From contig CP064983.1 in NCBI GenBank assembly GCA_016699635.1, positions 1,980,048 to 2,044,047 on the forward strand: DNA of 64,000 nt. Direction: 5' to 3'. Each line of letters begins with the position of its first letter. Position 1 is the stretch's first letter. The translations under genes and the position numbers were made by a program. Source of the DNA: Bacteroidota bacterium. GTDB lineage: Bacteria; Bacteroidota; Bacteroidia; AKYH767-A; OLB10. The notes under the pieces were generated by a model. It was not told the DNA's origin, ran no database searches, and was given only the letters and a program-made list of their open reading frames with translations. This document shows, piece by piece, positions 1-9,042 of this stretch.

Positions 1-623
1 CCTAAATATGATGAAGAAGATAACAGTAAATTTTTTCATCGCAGTGGTCGTAACTATAGCATCACTACAGGAAGTAGCTTTGAGTTTAATTCAGACGATG
101 TGCAGTTTACTGTTCAGAAATCGCCATCAGATAAGTTTGAATTGGTCAGAGTGTTTTCTGCAAACGGAACAACAGAGAATCTTGCCGTTGAAAGTGCACG
201 AGGCATCATTTATAACTTCGAACAGAAAGATTCTTTACTCATGTTCAGCAATCATTTTCCATTGCCAAAGGAACCAAGTTTCGTAATCAGCGTGTTGATT
301 TGGTTTTGAAAGTTCCTGTTGGCAGCAGCATTTTTCTGGATGAAAGTATGGAAGAAATTATCAGAGATATTCCAAACGTAACCGACACCTGGCATGGCGA
401 TATGGGCGGACATACCTCGAAGATGACAGAGAATGGTTTGATATGTACTGATTTTGAATTTCAGAAAGGCGACAGCACCGATATTCATAATCCCGAAAAT
501 GTGGACATCAGTATTGATAACAATGGTGTGCGCATCAAGGGTAAGGAGGCAAAGAGTGGTGATAAAGATGTAAATATCAACATCGGAAAAGATGGTGTAC
601 ATATTAAGTCAACCGATAAATAA
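1..623 (+). CDS. C-terminal part of a probable PspC-domain membrane protein (5'-truncated by window edge; frameshift ~267-270)
   Basis: Frame 1 is open from base 1. Restoring one A in ccaaagga gives PKGTKFRNQRVDLVLKVPVGSSIFLDESMEEIIRDIPNV, which resembles the C-terminus of Bacteroidota PspC-domain proteins. Confidence 0.55.
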
Positions 624-724
624 ATTCCTCTACAACGCTGTAACAATTCAGGATAGTATTCGTCCTACACATAAAGGTTAATTCCTTTATCAATCAATAT
701 CAACTAAATTTTAAATCAAATATT

Positions 725-1159
725 ATGAAGCGAATTATGTTATTGGCAGGGCTATGCCTTGCACTCACTGCGACAATGCGCGCACAGGTGGTTCAGAAAA
801 ATGAAATAAGCGATCAGGCACAACAACAGTTGCTGCAACTCAATGATGAAATGGCTACATCATTTCAGCATACAGATTTACTAAAGGTGAGCGAGTTCTT
901 TGATGATGATGCCACCATCTACATGAATGGAAATAAGGTAACCGGCCGAAAGGCACTGTCTGATTTCTGGAATAAAATTACTGCCAGAAAAAAAATGGAA
1001 ATTAATGTTGATGAAATGAATGGTACAGGCAAATTCATTTACGAAACCGGAACGCTTACAATGAATACAGAAAATAATACCGTAACTAAAAACTTTGTAA
1101 TGGTGTGGAAACGTTTGCCCAACTTCGATTATAAAATTGTTGTTGCCGGGTTTAACTAA
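725..1159 (+). CDS. Secreted NTF2/SnoaL-like (DUF4440/YybH-type) protein
   Basis: Signal peptide (…ATMRAQ); FFDDDATI…G…VTGRKAL..FW, IYETG and FVMVWKR motifs. Confidence 0.7.
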   Translation: MKRIMLLAGLCLALTATMRAQVVQKNEISDQAQQQLLQLNDEMATSFQHTDLLKVSEFFDDDATIYMNGNKVTGRKALSDFWNKITARKKMEINVDEMNGTGKFIYETGTLTMNTENNTVTKNFVMVWKRLPNFDYKIVVAGFN

Positions 1160-1200
1160 AAAAATTAGTTTGAGTAACTGATTATTTGTGTTTGTATAAC

Positions 1201-1238
1201 AGAGGTCTGTATTTTATTTGCAGACCTCTTGTTGTTTT
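1201..1238 (+). terminator. Intrinsic terminator
   Basis: AGAGGTCTGT / GCAGACCTCT stem followed by a T-rich tail. Confidence 0.6.
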
Positions 1239-1409
1239 AATCTTAGCTTGGATAATATCAATTCTTGTGATTGTTAAACATTAACTTCATGGATGACGGG
1301 ATTATGAAGTCTGATTATCACAAAAATGAAGATGTGCAAATTTTCATATCAACATCATGTTGGCAATTGAACATTTGACCCATCATTTCAAAACAAAAAA
1401 ATAAATAAA

Positions 1410-1676
1410 ATGAAAAAAGTAATGATTGCCGCAGCTGCCCTTATAATAGGAGGCACTGCCTTTGCCAATGCGCAAACTAATGCAAAACCTGCAGCTACTA
1501 CGACACATCAGGCTGCACCTGCCGCAACACATGAAACAGCGGCACAGAAAAAAGAAGTGAAAGAAGAGAAGATGGAGAAAAAAGAAGCTACACCTGCAAA
1601 GCACGAAACAAAAAAACCTGCTGCGCACAAGAGCCACGCTAAAAAAGTAGAGAAAAAAGAAGAAAGCGCTAAGTAA
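1410..1676 (+). CDS. Small secreted Lys/Ala/Glu/His-rich low-complexity protein
   Basis: Signal peptide ending AFANAQ; highly charged mature part; own terminator. Confidence 0.75.
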   Translation: MKKVMIAAAALIIGGTAFANAQTNAKPAATTTHQAAPAATHETAAQKKEVKEEKMEKKEATPAKHETKKPAAHKSHAKKVEKKEESAK

Positions 1677-1692
1677 ATTGATTTTGAAACGT

Positions 1693-1731
1693 GAGGCTGT
1701 CTCAATTTTTTGAGGCAGCCTCTTTTTTTTT
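1693..1731 (+). terminator. Intrinsic terminator
   Basis: GAGGCTGTCTCAA…TTGAGGCAGCCTC stem followed by a T9 tract. Confidence 0.85.
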
Positions 1732-1744
1732 AATATACACCCCC

Positions 1745-1842
1745 GTACCCGCGAAGCTCCTGCTTCGTGGGATAAATGCATAAAAGCTGTGCTTTGCATT
1801 ACATGGTGTTAAGTACCTAAAAGCTGTGCTTTGCATTACATG
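1745..1842 (+). repeat. REP copy (GTACCCGCGAAGCTCCTGCTTCGTGGG) plus 25-bp direct repeat at RAYT 3' end
   Basis: 1745-1771 is the exact reverse complement of the hairpin in array units 4 and 5. TAAAAGCTGTGCTTTGCATTACATG occurs at 1781-1805 and 1818-1842. Confidence 0.9.
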
Positions 1843-2387
1843 CTCAACACTTTAACGGGGCTGTTCTCATTAGCGCTACTTAACCGCCACAAATGCGGTT
1901 CATCTACAAAACCGGCTTCCACCGGGTTGTTATGTATGTAATTTATTTTTTGATCTATTATCCTGTTGCTATATAATTCAAATGCATGATTGTTATGTTG
2001 CCAAAACTGCCTGTATTGTTTATGGGGTGATATTTTACCATAATATTTAAATTCTTTAATTAGCCACTCACGTCTGCTTTCAAGCATATTTTCTTCTATG
2101 GCATCCATAAGTTTTTTTGACGAAAAGGCTTTCATATCACGTATCAGGTCATTCAATATTCCTTCTTTCCTTTTGGCAATAATGTGAACATGACTTGGCA
2201 TTACACAATAACAATACAGTTGCAAGCCTTTGTCTTGTTGGCAGTAGATTAGACTATTAATTAGTATATCCTGATAAACTCTTCTTGTAAATATATCTAA
2301 CCAGCCCACAGTGGTAAAAGTTACAAAGTATAACCCTCCAGGAAATGTTTTATATGTTTCTGACATTATATATTTATGTTTATACAA
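1836..2387 (-). CDS. REP-associated tyrosine transposase (RAYT, Y1/HUH family)
   Basis: LYFVTFTTVGW N-terminus, HUH motif (MPSHVHII), FWQ…H, YIHNNPVEAG (catalytic Tyr region), WRLSSA; flanked by palindromic repeats. Confidence 0.9.
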   Translation of the reverse strand: MYKHKYIMSETYKTFPGGLYFVTFTTVGWLDIFTRRVYQDILINSLIYCQQDKGLQLYCYCVMPSHVHIIAKRKEGILNDLIRDMKAFSSKKLMDAIEENMLESRREWLIKEFKYYGKISPHKQYRQFWQHNNHAFELYSNRIIDQKINYIHNNPVEAGFVDEPHLWRLSSANENSPVKVLSM

Positions 2388-2595
2388 ATGTTGTAATTTT
2401 ATTTATAATGTTGTTCATTGGTGTTCAAAGCACAGCTTCTATACACAAAGCACGAAGCAGGAGCTTCACGGGTACAGTTCATTGCTGTTCGAAGCACAGC
2501 TTCTAAACACAAAGTACGAAGCAGGGGCTTTGCGGGTACGGTGTTGTTCAATGCTGTCTTGTCCTGAAATAGGTTTACACTAAAAAGTGTAAAAC

Positions 2596-3042
2596 ATGGA
2601 TAAAAAAATCATTCAAAAAGCGGGTAAGTATTTTACCGTAGAAGAAAAACACAAGATCATTCAGGAGTTAATTTCAGCCCAATGCACCAAAGTGGAAATT
2701 TGGGAAAAATACACAGGTGAAGTTGAAGAGCACGGACAGCTTCTTAGATGGATGCGGCAGTTAGGGTATAACACCGGAATTAAAACAAGAAGACCTAACA
2801 TTGTATCAAATTTATATTCGATGGCACAAAAGAGAATTAAGTCTGATAATCCCGATAGCTATCGGGAGGTTAAAGTAGGAGATGAATCTTTTGAAAACCT
2901 GCAATTAAAGAAGCGAATAGCTGAATTAGAAAAGCAATTAAAGGATGCAGAATTAAAAGCAATTGCCTTTTCCACGATGGTAGATATTGCAGAAAAGGAG
3001 TTTAAAATTCCAATCAGAAAAAAGCTCAATACCAAACCATAG
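2596..3042 (+). CDS. IS3 OrfA (HTH + coiled coil)
   Basis: N-terminal HTH-like segment, coiled coil LKKRIAELEKQLKDAELK; A6G motif at 3018-3024 near its end. Confidence 0.85.
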   Translation: MDKKIIQKAGKYFTVEEKHKIIQELISAQCTKVEIWEKYTGEVEEHGQLLRWMRQLGYNTGIKTRRPNIVSNLYSMAQKRIKSDNPDSYREVKVGDESFENLQLKKRIAELEKQLKDAELKAIAFSTMVDIAEKEFKIPIRKKLNTKP

Positions 3043-3047
3043 AAGCA

Positions 3048-3970
3048 ATGAAAAACAACTTTGCACACATAGGATTAGCCAAGTTATGTGGATGGTTTGG
3101 TATCACCAGACAGGCTTATTATCAAAACAACTGGGAAGGAGTTTCAACTACCCTGGAAGAAGATTTGATAATACAAAGGGTAAAGGAAATTCGTAAAAAC
3201 CATCGTAGAATGGGCACACGAAAACTGTATGAAATGCTGCAACCATTTATACTAGAACACCAAATAAAAATAGGTAGAGATGCCTTGTTTAACATGCTTT
3301 CAGCAAATCATTTATTGGTGAGAAAACGAAAGCGGAGAATACAAACAACTAACTCTTTTCACTGGTTGCGGAAGTATCCAAATCTCATTCGTGAGTTTGT
3401 TCCTACAGCACCCAATCAGCTTTGGGTGAGTGATATTACCTATTGGAAGATAAGCACTGGAGAACATCTTTACATCAGTTTTATTACCGATGCTTACTCA
3501 CATAAGATTGTTGGCTATCAGGTAGCCGAAACAATGGAGACTATTGAAAGTATGCAAGCCTTGCAAATGGCTCTTTCTGCTTTGGGGCAAAGAGTCATTT
3601 GAATCTCATCCATCACAGCGACAGAGGCATTCAATATTGCAGCCATGCTTATGTAAAGCTATTGCAGGACTACAATATAAAAATAAGCATGACTGAAAAT
3701 GGCGACCCTTTAGAAAATGCTGTAGCTGAAAGAATAAACGGAATTATTAAAGAAGAGTATTTAGAAACTTATGATGTTGATAACCTCAAAGATGCAAAGG
3801 GTTTACTAAAAGCTGTAGTGGATCTATATAACAACGAAAGACCTCACATGAGCATCAGTAACTTTACACCAAACAGCATTCATCATTCAAAAAGTAAAAT
3901 TAAAACAGAAAGATTATGGAAGAATTATTATCGAAAAATTCCTACTATTGTAAACCCAATTCAGGACTAA
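3048..3970 (+). CDS. IS3 OrfB DDE transposase (rve integrase core; frameshift in G-run ~3583-3588)
   Basis: PNQLWVSDITY, IHHSDRGIQY, NAVAERINGIIKEE, YNNERPH. One extra G joins the two ORFs. Confidence 0.9.
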
Positions 3971-4333
3971 AAATGAACTGTAAACTTATATCAGGATTAA
4001 TTAATCAAACTGTAAACTTTTTTTAGGACGAGTCATGCTGTTCGAAGCACAGCTTCTATACATAAGGCCCACGAAGCAGGGGCTTTGCGGGTACGGTGTT
4101 GTTCATTGCTGTTCGAAGCATAGCTTCTATACATAAGGCCCACGAAGCAGGAGCTTCGCGGGTACGGAGTTCATTGCTGTTCGAAGCACAGCTTCTATAC
4201 ATAAGGCCCACGAAGCAGGAGCTTCGCGGGTACAGCCACTATGCCAAACTTTTCTTTAAAACTTTATATCACACAAAATCAGCCAATTAAAATTTTTGGC
4301 TATAAATTATTGAATGCCGATGAAATAAAAAAG

Positions 4334-4363
4334 TTGCTTAATTAAAATTTCATACTATATTTG
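4334..4363 (+). promoter_or_regulatory. Bacteroidota primary-sigma promoter
   Basis: TTG (4334-4336), 19-nt spacer, TATATTTG (4356-4363) match the -33/-7 consensus. Confidence 0.65.
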
Positions 4364-4430
4364 AAAACGAAAAGAAGTAAGAAGTCTTTTCTTAGAAGTA
4401 AACGCAACAGAATAACCAAAACCGAATTGC

Positions 4431-4826
4431 ATGAACATTCATGCTTCACAAAACACTCCTTATTACAGCCGCAGCCCAAGGGCAATTGGCAGTGTAGCAG
4501 CATATATAAAGTTGTTGCTGAATGTGCCTTTGTTGTTTGCCGTAGTTTTTTTGGTAAGCCGCATGGCTTTTTCTTTTACACAAAACTTCCACAACAAAAA
4601 ACGACCCAACCGCTTTGCCCTTATTAACGAAGTGCAGGCGCGTTTGCAAACAGTATCTTTTATAGAAATGGTGCAGCAGCAAACAAAAGGCAAAAACCTG
4701 CTTGCAACAAAAAGTATTAAAACGCACAGACAGCAAAACACAGCAGTAAAAAAATATTTACTGCAAAGTGCATTTTATAATGGCGGCTATATTGACCCGC
4801 CAAAAATTGAAACGAAATTTTCATAA
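4431..4826 (+). CDS. Possible small membrane protein (or untranslated leader)
   Basis: 131-aa ORF with one hydrophobic stretch between the promoter and the first giant gene; no recognisable family. Confidence 0.3.
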   Translation: MNIHASQNTPYYSRSPRAIGSVAAYIKLLLNVPLLFAVVFLVSRMAFSFTQNFHNKKRPNRFALINEVQARLQTVSFIEMVQQQTKGKNLLATKSIKTHRQQNTAVKKYLLQSAFYNGGYIDPPKIETKFS

Positions 4827-4871
4827 ATTTTTTTAATGTAAATAAAATATTAACCAATTAAATTATAACAG

Positions 4872-7800
4872 ATGATAACTAAAAATCAAACAAAAAAACG
4901 AACGTCTTTAACAAGACTATTTCTTTGTCTGACAGCTTTAATTATGCTGTGGACAACGGGCGCACAGGCGCAAACTACTGTTACCATTGGTAGCGGAACA
5001 GGCACAAGTACTTATTAGTACTTTATTACTTTTATGACTTTAGCTACACGCAACAAATTATTTATGCCTCTGACATTACCTCAGGTGGCTGGGGTGGTGG
5101 ATCTGGATTGATTACCAAAATTCGTTTCAAGCCTAAAAACAATGTTGCAAGCACTGCAAATTGGAAAGACTGGGTGATTTATATGGGTAATACAACTAAA
5201 ACTACCTTTACTTCTACTACTGATTGGATTATGCCTGGAAGCATGACAACGGTTTTCAATGCTTCAATTCCATCAAGTTTAACTGCAAATGTATGGATGG
5301 AACTGACTTTGAGTACTCCTTTTTTATGGGATGGAACAAGTAATTTAGTTGTTGCAGTTGATGAAAATGTTGATGCATATGGTAGCAGTCCTAATTGGGC
5401 AGGTTATGCGCCAGGAGCAAATAGGGGGATTTATTTTTACAGGGATAATGTAGATGTTCTTCCTGCATCACCCCCTGCAGGTACGAGAAATGGAGCAGCA
5501 ACAAATGTTGCACAAATGCAATTAGATATTACTTCTAGCGTACCTTGTGCCGGTACACCTACACCCGGCACAGCAAGTTCCTCTGTTAACCCTGTATGTC
5601 AGAATAATGCAACCAACCTTGTTCTAACTGGTTATTCTTCCGGACTTGGAATCACATACCAATGGCAAACATCAACAACACCGGGTGGCCCTTATACAGA
5701 TATTAGTGGTGCTACTACAACTACTTATTCTTATTCTCCTGCAACTGCAGGAACAGAATATATAGTTTGTAAAGTAACCTGTACTAATAGCAGCATGGAT
5801 GCATTGTCAAATGAAGTAACCTTAGGGGTAAATGCTTCACCAAGTGGCACGGCAACAGGTCCTGCAACGTTAGTTACCTATCAGAACGGTACTTTTTCTG
5901 TTACAGGTTATCCGGTTGGAACAACATTCCAATGGCAATCGTCTACGGCAAGCTGTGCAACAGGTTTTAGTAATATTCCGGCTGCAACTGCAGATAATGT
6001 ATTGCTAAATTCAAGTGCAGGTGGCACATTCTACATCCGTTGTATGCTAACCAATGCAGGATGCAGTGCACCTTCTAATTGTGTTACCCTGGTAGTAACA
6101 GTTGCAGGAAATAATGTATGTTCTGCAAATACTTTAAATGTAGGTGTTAATGGCCCATATACCAATGTGGGTGCCACTGTAGAAACAGGTGAGGTTGCAC
6201 CTCCTGCAGCTGGTTGCAGCGTGCAAAACGGATGGTGTAACTCAACATTGAGTAATACAGTATGGTTTACTTTTACACCACCTGCAAGTGGACAGTACTC
6301 ATTCCGTTTGGATCCATCACGCACGCTTTGGGATACACAGTTTGCTTTGTGGAATGCATCTTCATGCTCGCCATTTGGAGGCTTTACGATGTTTGCAGCT
6401 AATGATGATTCCTTAAATTCACCATTCAATTCATATATAGCACCTGTTTGTTTAAATGCAGGACAGACCTATTACTTTCAGTTTGATGGTTATAGTGGAA
6501 CAAACAACAACTGGGGCATTTTAGTAACACAGGTAAATACAGTTACTGCAGGCATCAGTGGCTCGCAAACAGGCTGCAGCGCTGTTAACTTAACAGCTAC
6601 AGGCGGCAGCACCTATTTGTGGAGTGGTGGTTTAACACCAAATACAGATGCCAACACTTTCACGGCTTCAGGTCCCTATACAGTAACAGTTACTTCAGCT
6701 CAGGGATGTACATCGCAGGCAACTGCTAACGTTGTAATCAACGTTCCTTCAACAGACCCCGGATCAGCCACCAGCAATGCACCGTTTGATAACATTTGTG
6801 CAGGAGGCAATGTAACCTTATCTGTTGGTGGTGGTACATTAGGTACCGGAGCCCAGTGGCAATGGTACAGTGGTTCTTGTGGAGGCACACCTGTAGGTTC
6901 AGGCAGCAGTATAACCGTTTCTCCTTCTGTTACTACAAATTATTTTGTACGTGCAGAGGGTGTTTGTGGCAACACCATGTGTGTCTTTATTACCATTACT
7001 GTTAATACAGGCATACCAGCACAGGCAGTAACAATTCCAATTGTTGGATTACCTGCTTATGCCTGCAATGCTACAGCAGCTACATTAAGTATTCCTGCAG
7101 TTGCCAATGCAACATTCTATACATGGGATGGCCCTACAGGAACAACATTCGATGGTTTTCCATCACCTTATTCTTCTTTAGCACCAACAGTAAATGTTGT
7201 ATTTGGTAATCCAAACGGCTCAGGTTATAGAATAGGCGTACAGGCAGGTAATGCATGTGGAAGTTCAGCGCGTAAGAGTGAGTGGCTGCGTGGTATTGTT
7301 AGCACTCCTGCAGCAGTAAGCGGAGTAACAACAACATGTGCAAGCACTTCAGGAACCTATACAACAGGACCGGTAGATGGAGCAACATCATATCTGTGGA
7401 CTATTACAGGCGATGCCTCAGTAATTGGCACCGGTACCAGTGTTACAGTAAACTTTGGTCCTGCATGGGCTGGTGGTACACTGTGTGTAAGAGCACAAAC
7501 ACCATGCTACACATCACCATCTAAGTGTCTTGTTATTGGAACTTCTGCATCACCATTAAATACCATCAGTGGCCCATTGTCAGCATGTCCAAATGATGTA
7601 TTGACCTTTAGTGTACCTGCATCATCAGGCGCAGCAAGCTATGCATGGACAGTACCTGCAAACTCCAGTATTTCAGGTGGAGCAGGAACAAATTCTATTC
7701 AGGTAACTTTTGCACCGAACTATAACAACTTAGGCAATATTTGTGTGAATGTAACAAGCATTTGCGGTGTTACATCAGCAACCAAGTGCAGAACGGTAGC

Positions 7801-8590
7801 ACCTGGAGTTCCATCAGTACCTGCCAGTATAACAGGAGCAACAAATGGTTTGTGTGGTCAAAGTATCAGCTACAGCACACCATTTAGCCCCGGAACAACT
7901 TATAACTGGACAGCACCCGGAACAATTACCGGAAATGGTAATAATGCAGTAAGCATTGCTTATGGTTCATTCACTACAGGTCAGGTATGCGTAACAGCAA
8001 GCACAGGTTGTGGCACAAGTGCTGCACGTTGTGTAGCTATTAAAGGAGCACCAAACTCACCAATAGCAATTACAACATCACCTGCAAGCTGGTGTGCAAA
8101 CACATCTGGCGTAGAGTTTAATGCCAATGTAAGCAACACAGCCGGTTCTTATACCTTGTCATGGACATATCCATCAATGCCTGTAGCAAATTATGTTTCA
8201 GGAGGTGGAAACACTGGACAGTTAATCCTTGATTGGGGAACAGGAAACGGAAACATTACCGTTACTGCAACTAACAGTTGCGGAGCCGGTTCTAAGGCTT
8301 ATGTAGCTACAATAGGTTGTAGAGAAGGACAATTGGCTACGGCTAATAGTCTGAATGTATATCCAAATCCAACAGCAGGTGTGTTGAATGTAGAATACAC
8401 AGCAGAGAAAGGCACAGCACAAGTAACAGTGCTTGACTTGAGTGGCCGTGTAGTAATGACACAGACACATGCCAATGCAGCAGGACAAAACACATTGCAA
8501 CTTGACCTGAGCAAGGTAGCTAAAGGCGCATACATGCTGAATGTACAAACCAATGGCAGCAACAATCAGGTGAGAGTGGTAGTGGAGTAA
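4872..8590 (+). CDS. T9SS type-A cargo protein, ~1240 aa: adhesin-like N-domain, Ig/PKD-like repeats, CTD (frameshift ~5012-5018)
   Basis: ATG 4872 gives signal peptide …LWTTGAQAQ. One missing base joins it to ORF 5108-8590. C-terminal YPNP…LDLSGR…GAYML…VVVE sorting domain. Confidence 0.85.
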
Positions 8591-8635
8591 AAGTTTAAAG
8601 ATTGACAATTTAAAAAGATTGTCAGAAAATTAAAG

Positions 8636-8667
8636 GGGAGAAGTCGAAAGGCTTCTTCCATTTTTTT
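8636..8667 (+). terminator. Intrinsic terminator (GAAA loop)
   Basis: GGGAGAAGTC-GAAA-GGCTTCTTCC followed by AT7. Confidence 0.75.
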
Positions 8668-8867
8668 ATTTATAAATTACTATAAGAAATTAAAAATCGC
8701 ACTTACCAAAAATTTAATCAATTGATGTTAAAAAGCGTTACATCTTGCTGTTTTTATTAATAAATATTACAGAATTATTAGAAATGTTACGTGCTAATTA
8801 AAACATTGATAATCAATAATAAAGTGATATTTATAATATATAACAGAAGATTTTATTTTAAAAATAA

Positions 8868-8899
8868 TTTGGAATATTAAAAAATGATGAATAATATTG
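8868..8899 (+). promoter_or_regulatory. Candidate primary-sigma promoter for second giant gene
   Basis: TTTG 8868-8871, 20-nt spacer, TAATATTG (one mismatch to TAnnTTTG). Confidence 0.45.
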
Positions 8900-9042
8900 A
8901 AGGCGAAAACCAAACTTATATGCTGTTAAAAAGACGAGTGCTAACTACAATTTGTAATTATTTTTCACAACAACGGCAGAATTAGTTTTTGAAAATCAGA
9001 AAACAAAATCAAAACATAAGTTAAACCAAAAATCAAATTATC

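Larger units (their letters stand above)
2555..4035 (+). mobile_element. IS3-family insertion sequence, 1481 bp, 3-bp TSD (TGC)
   Basis: TG…CA ends; IRL TGTCTTGTCCTGAAATAGGTTTACA vs IRR (revcomp) TGACTCGTCCTAAAAAAAGTTTACA; TGC at 2552-2554 and 4036-4038; orfA/orfB organisation. Confidence 0.93.
2411..4233. repeat. Tandem array of 5 REP-like units (64-71 bp), unit 3 split by IS3 insertion
   Basis: Units ~2411-2475, 2476-2539, 2540-2554+4039-4094, 4095-4165, 4166-4233. Consensus GTTCATTGCTGTTCGAAGCACAGCTTCTATACATAAGGCCCACGAAGCAGGAGCTTCGCGGGTAC. Confidence 0.92.

Noticed and set aside
1383-1799. ORFs 1383-1799(-), 2311-2583(+), 4096-4290(+) sharing HEAGASRVR-like peptides
   Set aside because: Shadow translations of the REP repeats or antisense to real genes.
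1836-2387. IS200/IS605 element
   Set aside because: Hairpins are inverted on opposite strands and multi-copy, there is no tnpB, and the protein motifs fit RAYTs.
2411-4233. CRISPR array
   Set aside because: Units are near-identical along their whole length with no unique spacers, and no cas genes are present; the context is a RAYT.
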